Positions 52,880-64,000 of a stretch of 64,000 bases of DNA are shown here, piece by piece. The stretch spans positions 114,452,001-114,516,000 of the forward strand of contig NC_042999.1 in NCBI RefSeq assembly GCF_006345805.1. The letters run 5' to 3'. The number at the start of each line of letters is the position of its first letter. The first letter of the stretch is position 1. A program made the position numbers and the translations under genes. The notes beneath the pieces were generated by a model, which searched no databases, was not told the origin of the DNA, and saw nothing but the letters and a program-made list of their open reading frames with translations. This DNA is from Octopus sinensis (Eukaryota).

Positions 52880-53170
52880 GCACATGCATACATAGAAAAA
52901 CAGAGACATATGGACATATACACGCCCATAAACACACGCAAACACACCAACAAGCACACCTTTGGAAGCATGAATATAAAATCTTTCTCAATCGAACACA
53001 AATCCAACCTTACATATTCATACATTATGCAGAGACGCACACGCGCGCGCGCGAATATACATACATACAGATATTTAGACTTATTTGTAAATATATACAT
53101 ATAATTACATCCAAGAGATAAAAGTCGCATTATATGTGTGTATGTGTGTGTATGTGTGTGTATGTGTGTG

Positions 53171-53205
<35 letters not shown>

Positions 53206-53460
53206 ATAGATATACATATATGTATATATATATGGATATGTATATGTATATATATAGATATACATATATGTATATATATATGTATATGTATATGTATATA
53301 TATATATATATACATACGTTCAAACATAGATAAATGTATATACAATTGTGCGCAATACACATTTACAATTACTCATTCAGATGCATATACTTGTGTATGT
53401 ACATAGCAATGTATCAATGTACAATTATGTATGTATGTATGTATGTATGTATGTATGTAT

Positions 53461-53547
<87 letters not shown>

Positions 53548-53944
53548 ATGTAGGTATAAACACATAAACATATATATTCACACATACATACAGAGAAACA
53601 GTCACTCACAAACTCTCTCACACACACACTCCCACACACATGTACACGCACAACTATTTTGATAGATAAATAGATATAAGTACGTACATATATTTCCGCT
53701 TACACATAAGAATGCATAATGAGATTGCATTCTGCAGCTAATATGATTGTATTGACATACATATACGCATGCACTTAGATGTATACGTATACATTTTGTG
53801 TTCATGTGTCTCTGCTTCTCTCTCCATTTTTGTATATTTACATCCATACATACATATATGTACATATATATGTATATATATGTGTGTGTGTGTGTATGCA
53901 TGAGTACATATATATACATACATACATATATATATATATGTATG

Positions 53945-53980
<36 letters not shown>

Positions 53981-54079
53981 GATATATATATATATATAAA
54001 AACATATATATATATATATATACATATGTGTATATATATATATATATATATACACATATATGCACACACATACACACAC

Positions 54080-54358
54080 ATATCTCATCTGCGAACGCAT
54101 GTAAAACGAATCACCACCAACTATTGTGGCTATATGTCTGTGCACACCTTTGAATGCAGTGTATGCCAGAAAGTTTGCAAATCCAACGGAGGCCTCAAAA
54201 GCCATTTTAAGATCCACAAAGAGCAGAACTTATCTGCAGATCTTGGTTGTCCAATTCGGAGGTGCAATCTATGTGGATGTCTTTTCAGAACATTGTCTGG
54301 TTTAAAAAGCCACATGGTGCTAAAGTGTAGGTACAGGAGGTGGTCAAACTCTGCATAG
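54080..54358 (+). mobile_element. RTE-clade LINE extreme 3' end with tandem C2H2 zinc fingers
   Basis: [28 protein letters not shown] and [18 protein letters not shown]; the GL.SH pattern is typical of RTE C-termini; no TGEKP linkers; embedded in microsatellite. Confidence 0.65.
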
Positions 54359-54374
54359 GTATAGACAATAACCA

Positions 54375-54483
<109 letters not shown>

Positions 54484-54499
54484 TATATATATATATATA

Positions 54500-54649
54500 T
54501 ATAAAATACAAAATGGGACAAGAACGCAAAACATTCAGACAACTAGGTGATACAAAAAGGGACAACAAAACATCCAGAGAGACGATACAAAAAACACGGA
54601 CGGGTCATTCGAAGCCATTAATCTTCAGTCAAGAACTGGATCATCCTCG

Positions 54650-54652
<3 letters not shown>
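54500..54652 (-). mobile_element. Family P1 fragment
   Basis: ACGGGTCATTCGAAGCC.TTAATCTTCAGTC.GAAC.GGATCATC matches 10020-10065. Confidence 0.7.
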
Positions 54653-54702
<50 letters not shown>

Positions 54703-54760
54703 TAGATATGTTTCGACCAAAGATTGGTCCAGGCCATGTCTAACTTGATAGCACCACCTG

Positions 54761-54847
<87 letters not shown>

Positions 54848-54849
54848 TG

Positions 54850-55074
54850 TATTCTGTTTTACACGTTTCAGTCATTTGACTACGGCCATGCTGGAGCTCT
54901 GCCTTTAGTCGAAGAAATCGACTCCTAGACTTATTCGTTGTAAGGCTTGTACTTGTTCTATCGGTCTCTTTTGCCGAACCGCTAAATTTCGGGGACATAA
55001 ACAGACCAGCATCGGCTGTCAATTGATGAGTATGTGTGTGTGACAAACACAGACAGAGAGACACACACATAAAT

Positions 55075-55107
<33 letters not shown>

Positions 55108-55256
55108 CACAACGGGCTTTTTTCAGTTTCCGTCTACCAAATCCACTCACAAGGCTTTGGTCGGGCTATAGTAGAAAACACGTACCCAAGGTGCCACGCA
55201 GTGGAACTGAACCATGAACCATGTGGTTAGGAAGCAAGCTTCTTACCACACAGCCG
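54850..55256 (-). mobile_element. SINE group A, near full length
   Basis: Reverse complement of 560-1020. Confidence 0.85.
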
Positions 55257-56175
55257 AAAACAGGAATATGTGGTATCATTTTCAGTCTGTGTTACACGTG
55301 TTTCATTATAATATGGGAATATGAAGCAAATAAGAAAGCGGTATTAAGGGAATATGAAGTGGATATTGAGGAAAAATGAAGGATAAAAGAAATGAACATG
55401 TATGGGACCTGTAAGACAAAAAGAAATGAGGAGAGGAGAGATAATTATGTCAAATGGAATAAATTATGAGAGAAAGAAAATAAGACATACTGAAAGAAGG
55501 AAAAAGTGAACCAAATAAAGAAATGAAAGCAAGCAAGATAATAATAGCAAGAGGGAATGAAACAGAAAATGCGAAAAATGGCGATGGACATGTAAGACGA
55601 AAAATAAAACAATGAACGACTAAAGCGTAAAAGGAAGAATGTAAAAGTAAGAAAAGGTAAAGAATGAAAGAGTGAAATAAGAAAGAAAAACCAATGAATG
55701 AAATGAAATATTGTATGGGAAAAATAAGAGAAAATAAATGAAAGAAGAAAATGAAATGAAACAATGAAAGAAAGTGTGAAATAGTGAAAGGAAATAGCGA
55801 AATACATTATATGTGTTTTGTTTGTTCGCCGGATTCGCTGCGATATAGCGTTTGGCGACGACACCTGTTAACGCTGGGTGTTAAAACACATGACAGTCAT
55901 AGACAGGGGAGACAACTTACCTCGGCTCGGTCGGCTCGGATCCCTATCGGTTTGTTTTACTGTATCGCTAAACGAGTGGGTGTAAACAAAGCAACACCGG
56001 TTGTATACTCACAAAAACAAATGCACACGCTCTTAAACATACTGTGTGTGTGTATGTATGTATAAATATATATATATACACACACACATGTGTGTATGTA
56101 TGTATTATATATATACACACACACATGTGTGTATGTATGTATGTATAATATATATATATATAATATATATATATA

Positions 56176-56505
56176 CTAGCAGTATCGGCGTTGCTCGGGT
56201 TGTAAGGGAATAACTATAAAGCATTTTTAGAGAGTGTAAGCCAAAAAATGGAAAAAAAAATGATGCAAATTTTTTTTTTAGTTAAAAAGGTCAAGTTGCG
56301 TCCCCTAGGACGGTCCTGTGGTTTGTGTTTCTGTTATCGACCCCAGTCGAATTATCGATTTTTTTAGAACTGGAACTTTCATTTTTCGCTTGCGTTAGTT
56401 TTAGTATGACATTGGGCTATGTGTGATGTCAAGTTTCATCAGACGGTGAAAGCCGTGGTCGGGTGGGGTACCTAACAGAACACACACAGATAGTGCCGTT
56501 GTATA
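56176..56505 (-). mobile_element. Non-autonomous Helitron inserted in (TA)n
   Basis: Minus strand ends CCCGAGCAACGCCGATACTG-CTAG-T, related to the 33977/34544 end type. Confidence 0.6.
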
Positions 56506-56511
56506 TATATA

Positions 56512-56585
<74 letters not shown>

Positions 56586-56649
56586 TATAGACATACATAT
56601 ATATACACACCACACAAATACAAACACACATACATACATAATATATATT

Positions 56650-56945
56650 ACGACGTGAGGTTGTGAGTTTGATTCCCGGGCCGGGCTGCGTATTGTCTTC
56701 TTGAGCAAGATACTTTATTTCACGTTGCTCCAGTAAACACAGCTCTAGAAATTAATTGTGATGTCACTGTGCCAAGCTGTATCGGCCTTTGCCTTTCCCT
56801 TGGATAACATCAATGGTGTGGAGAGGGGAGGCTGGTATGCATGGGTGACTGCTGCCCTTCCATAAACAACCTTGCCCGGACTTGTGCCTCGGAGAATAAC
56901 TTTCTAGGTGCAATCCTACGGTCAGTCATGACCGAAGGGGGTCTC
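56650..56945 (+). mobile_element. SINE group C subtype 3, 5'-truncated
   Basis: Homologous to 38231-38545 on the opposite strand. Confidence 0.85.
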
Positions 56946-56962
56946 CCATATATTTTAGTTTT

Positions 56963-57228
56963 TCGTTTTACTTGTTTCAGTCATTTGAAGGGTTTTAGCC
57001 AAACAAATCGACCCTAGGACTTATTCTTTTTAAAGCATGGTACTTATATTATCGGTGACTTTTGCCGAACCGCTAACTTACGGGAACGTAAACTCACCAA
57101 CACCAGTTGTCAAGCGGTGAACAGACAAAAACGCACACACACGGATAGAGAGATAGATGGATGGATACATACATACGTACGTACGTACGTACATACATAC
57201 ACACATGCACATATGTATGTGTGTGTGT

Positions 57229-57280
<52 letters not shown>

Positions 57281-57340
57281 TGAACCCCGGAACTGATTGG
57301 TTGGGAAGCAAACTTCTTAAGCATACAATCACGCCTGCAT
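56963..57340 (-). mobile_element. SINE group A with internal deletions
   Basis: TTTTACTTGTTTCAGTCATTTGA, TTTGCCGAACCGCTAA, head remnant at 57280-57340. Confidence 0.75.
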
Positions 57341-57739
57341 GTGATACATGAATAAATATAAAATTTATCGTTGAGGTAGGACGATAGGAAGTGAGAATTA
57401 GAAATGATGGGTTGAAGGTTTAAATACGAATCTGTGAGTGGTATATAATAATACGTGCAGCCTATCAACGAATCACCTCACATACATCAATGTAAATTGA
57501 ATTGCATACTAAACGTTAAAATGTGATGAAGTGTCAAGGCGGAGCTTGACGTCTAGTGTCCTAACTAAGACAGGCATTTATCGACCTTATTTCAATGAAA
57601 CTGATTGGAAACGCAGTTGAGTCTCAGTTTGTCGTACGTTAAAAGCTGGTTAAATGAAATGCAATTGGACAAAATTTTTGAGGCCGCTGATGACACTGTG
57701 AAAGTTGCAGCTACTGTTGTTGTTGTTACTGGTCGTTGT

Positions 57740-58639
57740 CGCTCTTCTTCTTCTTCTTCTTCTTCTTCTTCTTCTTCTTCTTCTTCTTTTTCTTCTTCTT
57801 TTTTTCTTCTTCTTCTTCGTCTTCTTCTTCTCCTTTTCTCCTATTCTTTTATTTCATCCTCCTTCTCTCTCCTTCCTTCCTCTATCCCTCCCTTCTCTTC
57901 CTCCTCGTCCTCGTCCTCCTCGTCCTTGCCCACCCCCACCCTTCGTCAACTTCCTCATCCGTCTCCCCATCCTCGTCTTCCTCGTCCTCCTAGTCGTCGT
58001 CGTCCTCTTCTTCTTCTTCTTCTTCTTCTTCTTCTTCTTCTTCTTCTTCTTTTCTCCTATTCCCTCCATTCATCCTCCTTCTTCTCCCTTTCCTTCCTCT
58101 ATCACTTCCTTCTCTTCCTCCTCATCCTCGTCCCCGCCCTCGTCCACCTTCTTCTTCTTCTTCTTCTTCTTCTTCTTCTTCTTCTTCTTCTTCTTCTTCT
58201 TCTTCTTCTTTCTTGTTTCAATATGATAATGCTTTTATGCTTTGCTTTTATTATTGCTATTGCACTTTTCGTTGTATAGTTGCTTGAATGTTGTCAACAA
58301 AGTCGTCATCGTTGTTGTTAGTGATTATGATAATGTTGACGATGATGATGATGACTTTGATGACGATGATGATGATAATGATGATGGTGACAATGATGAT
58401 GATGATGATGATGATAACTGTAAACATAAAAAAGAGCTGATGGAGAAGGCGGTTGATGATATCTGCAAGAAAGATGTCAGCAATATTGATTCTGATGATG
58501 TCAGTGGTTGTGGTGATGTTGATGGTAATAGTGATGATGGTGGTAGTGGTGGTGGTAGTGGTAGTGGGTTTTGTGGTGACGGTGGTCGGAATGATAATGA
58601 TCACGATAGTGATGAAAATGGAGGTAATGATTATGATGT

Positions 58640-58696
<57 letters not shown>

Positions 58697-58860
58697 TTAG
58701 TAGTATTAGTAGTATTAGTAAGTAGTAGTGGTGGTAGTAGTGGTGGTGGTGGTGGGAGGAGGAGGCGTAGGAGGCGTAGGAGGAAGTGGAATATAATGAT
58801 GATGATGATGATTACGACGACGACAACGACGATGGTGGTGACGATAACGGTGATGAAAAA
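57740..58860. repeat. Long low-complexity block: (CTT)n/(CCT)n, (GAT)n, (GGT)n, (AGT)n
   Basis: Direct inspection. Confidence 0.95.
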
Positions 58861-58936
58861 ATCAGAGAGCTGGCTGGTTGGCTGAATGGCTGACTGGCTG
58901 ACTGGTTGGCTGGTCCTTGCTTTCTGTCGTAAATGC

Positions 58937-58953
58937 CGTTGCGCATGGCAACG
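58937..58953. promoter_or_regulatory. RFX X-box-like palindrome
   Basis: CGTTGCGCATGGCAACG versus canonical GTTGCCATGGCAAC. Confidence 0.45.
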
Positions 58954-59776
58954 TAAAACTGTCAACCGAAATCGACTTAATATGCTCCACCACTGATCAG
59001 TCATGTGCCAGTACCGTGATAAACATTCCGCAAATCTTGTTAGCGTTCGTTAATTAGATCCAAAACCGAATTACAGAGGCCAGCCATATGATTCCTTTGC
59101 TCCTTATCGCCGACGAACAATCGAATTATACAACAAACCGAAGCTCTTTATGGATCTGTTTGGTTGAAATGAAGACCACTTTAGGCTTGTTCGTTGTCTG
59201 CTTTACATCCCTCTGGACAACGTCTTTAATATGCACATCTCCTCCTCAACTTTTTGGTTGTTTTTGTGGTTCTTTATTTACTTTCTTTTTGTTTTGTTTG
59301 TGCTTCACTCTTCTATTTTAAATTTTATTTTTATTACATCTCGACTAAGTTTATCTGTTTTATTGTTGTTGTTGTTGTTTTTGGTTTTTCCTTGTTTTCT
59401 GTGATAAAGTGTTGTAGTCAATCGGTTTTACACTCTAAATATAACCCTAAGCGGATTGACTTCATTATCAGACCTATAACCGACATAAAACAGCTACATA
59501 CCGTTTTATTATCATCCATAATCATCACCACAATGACTCATACGTTATACTCACTCACTCACTCACTCCATGCATTCACTCACTCACTCACTCACTCAAT
59601 CACTCACTCACTTACATACGTACAAAACCAACTTTACCGCATGCTTTTTAATATTCAATATTCTTGGTTTTGTGTCCATTGCCATTATAATTTTATCAAC
59701 GTTTCTGAATGCTCGTTCTGTCCTCACATTAAGAAAGAAAATACACACACTCACACACTTATACACTCACAAACAC

Positions 59777-59849
<73 letters not shown>

Positions 59850-60939
59850 GCCCTACATACATACACAAAAACATGCCCACAAGGCGTTGTCATTTTAATC
59901 ACACGCATGCTTTTACTTTATTTTATTCCATTTTATTTTATAGTAACATGTTTAGAAATATTTTTTTAGATACTTTTATGATTCAGGCAATGAGAATTAT
60001 TTAAATTTGAAACGTGTTGCAGAACGAAATCTCATCAAAATGAAAACTTCAGTTCAAAGAAGTGACTCAAGGCAACTTTGATTTTCGGCCATATATTTTA
60101 TGCTTTTCGATGGAGTTTTATGTTGTTATTTTATTTTTTTAAAAAATCCCATATCAATGGTTGCATTTTAGGGTTTGAATATGAAAGTTAAAGAACATGT
60201 CGTTTATTCATCCATATATAGATGAAAGGAGGATTAAGGAAAGAAAAAAAGCAGAAAAAAAACAAGTCATTCTATAACTCAAAGATACATATTTGTGTGT
60301 GTGTGCGTGCGTGTGTGTGTCTGTACGTATGAATGTATCACTGCCAGTATCTTGGTGTGTGTACGTGTACGTGTTTTTGTGTGTGTGTGTACGTGTACGT
60401 GTTTCTGTGTGTGTGTGAGAGAGAAAGAGAAAGAGAGAGACAGAGAATAAAGAGAGAAAAAGGAAGAGAGAAAGAGGAAGAGAGAAAGAAAGAGATGAGA
60501 GTGAGCCACAGGAGGCGAGAGATCATTTATGCGCAATCATATACAAAAATTACAGACAAAACCACACTCTGTATACGTTAATATATTCTGGATATGTAAA
60601 CTACTTCATCACATTGTGGGCAACATTTTAAAATGGGAGAAAAAAAAAGGAAAAAGAAACAGAGAGAAAAAGAAACAGAAAGAGACAGAAGGAGAAAGTG
60701 CACGTAAAGACGAAATAAACTCCTCAATTAGGCTGTAGTTTGAAGTACAAAAGCTCAGATATAGTTGATAAAGTTTGTCTACCACTCTGTGTGTAAAACA
60801 TTTACTGTTGAACTTAGATGATAGCTGTAAGAGTTATGACTTTGAAACAAAGTTCTAATCTAAATTTTCGAACTACTGCCTGAAAGACGTTTTTGACTCT
60901 AATTCCCCCACACTAAAAACGGTTATTATTATATATCGT

Positions 60940-62400
60940 AGAACACATGGAAACTCATCTTAGGCCTGATATAGAAAATGCAGAAGTACACGTACCAAAA
61001 TATACCATACTGCAAACAGACAGAAGGGAAAGGAGCCACGATGGAGTTGTTATATACATCCATGAGGACCTCACGCCCCAGGTCCTACTGTCATATTCAA
61101 ATTCAGTATTTTGCACTCAAGTTGTATACATGAGACAACACAATATAGTCATATGTAATGCATATCACCCACCGGATGTTCCAAACCACACGGGCAAGTT
61201 TGAAGATTGCCTCGCAAGAATAAAAGAAACCCTCATGAAACTGGAATATCACGTGAGTGTGTTTCTTATGGGTGATTTCAACTTCTTCAGTGTTAAATGG
61301 TCCGAGGACCTCATGCTTCAGGAATGATCCATGCAAACAAGTACAGGTGGAGTCTCTGATCAATCTCACCAATGCCCTATTCATGGAACAGGTTGTGCTC
61401 CAACCAACTAGGGCGAATAGCATATTGGATCTCTGCTTCACAAACAGTATGGACATCGTTCATAATGTGAAAGTAACTCCAACTTTAGTTTCGGATCACA
61501 ACATGACAGAGCTGTCTATGTATGGACCAAAAGTAGCCAGAGACATGCAGCATAAAGGAAGCACCCGAAATCTCTCCAGTCTGAACTTCCACAAAGCGGA
61601 CTGAAAATCAATCCAAAAAGAGATCCTCACACAGGACTGGTCAAAATTTCTCTCCAAACCAGACATCGGCATGAAACTAGAGTATTTCGTATCTGTTATG
61701 CAAGCCATATGCTACAAATATGTCCCAGAGCACAAAGCTAAGAAAAAAAAAGGTACGAGACTCCAAGAGAGAGGAAGATTCTCATTAGATGACGGACGAA
61801 GGTTGTAAATCACTTCAACCAACATCCCAAAAATAAAAACAATACTGATGGAGATTGAAAAAAGCCTGCAACAATCTTATATAAAGGAGAGAGTAGACAA
61901 AGCAGCATGGGTTATAAGAAACCGAAAGCCTTTCTTTCACTATGCCAAAGAAACGGCCTCAGTACACTGCAAAATAGGACCCCTCTTCCAAAAAGACGGC
62001 TCCCTTAGAGAGAAATACTGAATGACCAGTTCAAAAGTGTCTTTATTACTCCGTTGGAACACCGACAAGTGAACGAACAAGTGGATTACATCGACATTGA
62101 GGAAGAAGATATAATACTAGCCTTAGATGAGGTGGACACAAACTCAGCTGCTGGCTCTGATGGCTTCCCAGTAATCCTCCTCAAATCGTGCAAACGTGCC
62201 CTGGCGAAACCACTACATATTCTCTTCTAGAATTTTCTTGCAAATGGCAAGCTACCAAACAAATTGAAGGAGGGAATAATATCCCCAATCCATAAGGAGG
62301 AAGCAGAGCAGATGTCAAAAATTATAGGCCTATCTCTCTGACTTCACACATTAGGAAAGTCATGGAACGAATAGTCAGAGAGAAACTGATCGCAATCCTT
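60940..62400 (+). mobile_element. CR1-group LINE ORF2 relic: APE endonuclease plus start of RT (stops and frameshifts)
   Basis: ETHL..TDR..GVVIYI..AYHPP..MGDFN..PTRANSILDLCFTN..SDHNM, then AAGSDGFPVILLK..LAKPLHILF..KNYRPISLTSHIRKVMERIV. Confidence 0.9.
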
Positions 62401-62857
62401 GAAAAGGATGAAAGGCAAAGTCGACCTCGGCGGAATTTGAACTCAGAAAGTAGCGGCAGACGAAATACCTATTTCTTTACTACCCACGAGGGGCTAAACA
62501 CAGAGAGGACAAACAAGGACAGACAAACGGATTAAGTCGATTATATCGACCCCAGTGCGTAACTGGAACTTATTTAATCGACCCCGAAAGGATGAAAGGC
62601 AAAGTCGACCTCGGCGAAATTTGAACTTAGAACGTAGCGGCAGACGAAATAGCTGTTTCTTTACTACCCACAATGGGCTAAACACACTGAGGGGACAAAC
62701 AAGGACAGACAAACGGATTAAGTCGATTATATCGACCCCAGTGCGTAACTGGTACTTAATTTATCGACCCCGAAAGGATGAAAGGCAAAGTCGACCTCGG
62801 CGGAATTTGAACTCAGAACGTGACGGCAGACGAAATACGGCTACGCATTTCGCCGCC
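62401..62857 (-). mobile_element. Tandem trimer of SINE group B (period about 184 bp)
   Basis: AAGGATGAAAGGCAAAGTCGACCTCGGCG at about 62404, 62588 and 62774. Confidence 0.9.
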
Positions 62858-63253
62858 TTACAATGATGGAATATTATCGCAGGCATATGCATATTGGAAG
62901 GAAATGTAGAGAATAGTGCACTTAGAAATGTCAAGTTATAATGTAATTTTTCAAAACTATAAGTTGTACTTTTTTATACTTGATTCTAACGGAAAAAATT
63001 TGGGGTGCGATTTATTCATGGAGCAAACCTAAAACTATGAAAGGAAAAAAAAATTGTACCAAGATTTAACACTGAAATACGTGTATGACTTTTCCACCAG
63101 TAACTATGGTAATTTTCACTGATATGTCTACATTTTAATGTCAATTCTAATCTAAATTAATTAATCTAATTTTAGAAATTAATTTCTTATCAAGATATCA
63201 CACACTTGCTGAAGGCTCTCCCAAACTTTCTGACACTAAAGACATTTTGATTA

Positions 63254-63288
<35 letters not shown>

Positions 63289-63842
63289 ATTTCTCTCGTT
63301 TTCTTGAATTGGCTGAATCTATCAAATGTTTGACAAAATACCTTGCTTCTATATGTTTTTAGTTCAAATCCTTCCGTGGTCAACATTTTCTTGTATCCAT
63401 CTGAGATCGATTAAATAAAGTATTATTCAAGTATTAAGTCGACATAATACATTTTACTTATTCCCAAAATTTGAAACATTGTCCTTTATTTTCGAAATAC
63501 AGTATATGATTTTTAGCGTTCAATACTTTTGAAGGAAGGTTGTAATCATTTTAAACAGACGCCTGTAATTGACTTATATTTATCTTAAATATAACTCGGA
63601 AGAAAAAATGGCAATATTTCAATTTAGAATAAAGAGGAGGCATAATTAAATAATACACGGTATTTTTCCCCTCTTCCTTTTCGATTCACTTTTCCTGTAA
63701 TCGCTTATCATAAGTTCTGTGATAGGACTGTCAGTTATTTCGACCACACTAAAAGGTGAATTACCGCGGGTGGCTTCTAATACCTGTTCCAACTGTTATA
63801 AAGAGCAACCAAATCTCTATTTACATCCTGCTATCTTGAAAA

Positions 63843-64000
63843 AGTGAAGGCACACAGCTCAGTGGTTAGAGCGTCGTGAGGTTGTGAGTTCGAGTCCCGG
63901 ACCGGGCTGCGCGTTGTGTTCTTGAGCAAGACACTTTATTTCACATTACTCCAGTTCACTCAGCTGTAGAAATGAGTTGCTACGTCACAGGTGCCAAGCT
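63843..64000 (+). mobile_element. SINE group C subtype 3, runs off the window
   Basis: GTGAAGGCACACAGCTCAGTGGTTAGAGCG..GAGTTCGAGTCCC..TTCTTGAGCAAGACACTT. Confidence 0.85.

Noticed and set aside
55914-55924. Perfect minus-strand donor GAG|GTAAGT
   Set aside because: Upstream sequence is a decayed SINE; a single 9-mer is expected by chance in a window this size
57523-57604. Box C (GTGATGA) and box D (CTGA) about 80 nt apart, snoRNA-like
   Set aside because: No terminal stem and no rRNA/snRNA guide complementarity that I can recognise
58258-58278. TATTGCACTT, the miR-92 5' end
   Set aside because: No 3' match or hairpin; low-complexity context
63843-63905. tRNA gene
   Set aside because: A/B boxes belong to a SINE head; the anticodon arm is deleted and the sequence continues into SINE body

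Overview
AT-rich, extremely microsatellite-dense eukaryotic DNA with no host protein-coding gene that I can confidently identify. Almost all ORF-track entries are translations of (TA)n/(CA)n/(TAA)n/(TCTA)n tracts. The repeat inventory points to a coleoid cephalopod, most likely Octopus; this is inferred from my recollection of the SINE families and has not been verified by a search. The window contains: three tRNA-derived SINE groups (CORE-like, Meta-like, V-like); CR1-group, RTE, RTE-X and Tx1/L1-like LINE relics; several R4/Dong-type restriction-like-endonuclease retroelements that almost all sit in or end in (TAA)n; Penelope-like relics carrying minimal hammerhead-ribozyme cores; a 4.3-kb head-to-tail Helitron array; mariner, Tigger and piggyBac-like DNA transposon remnants; long foldback hairpins; and several unique-sequence islands rich in TF motifs. 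The most notable observations are: (i) a near-intact minimal hammerhead at 23736-23770 with relics of the same type elsewhere; (ii) a SINE and a CR1 LINE sharing a 3' tail whose stem-loop shows compensatory base changes; (iii) a stack of different Dong elements on TAA tracts; (iv) Helitron tandem units carrying apparently captured flank; (v) a 50-codon signal-peptide, Cys-containing ORF at 19072 that the ORF track misses. Element boundaries were read by eye and are approximate.
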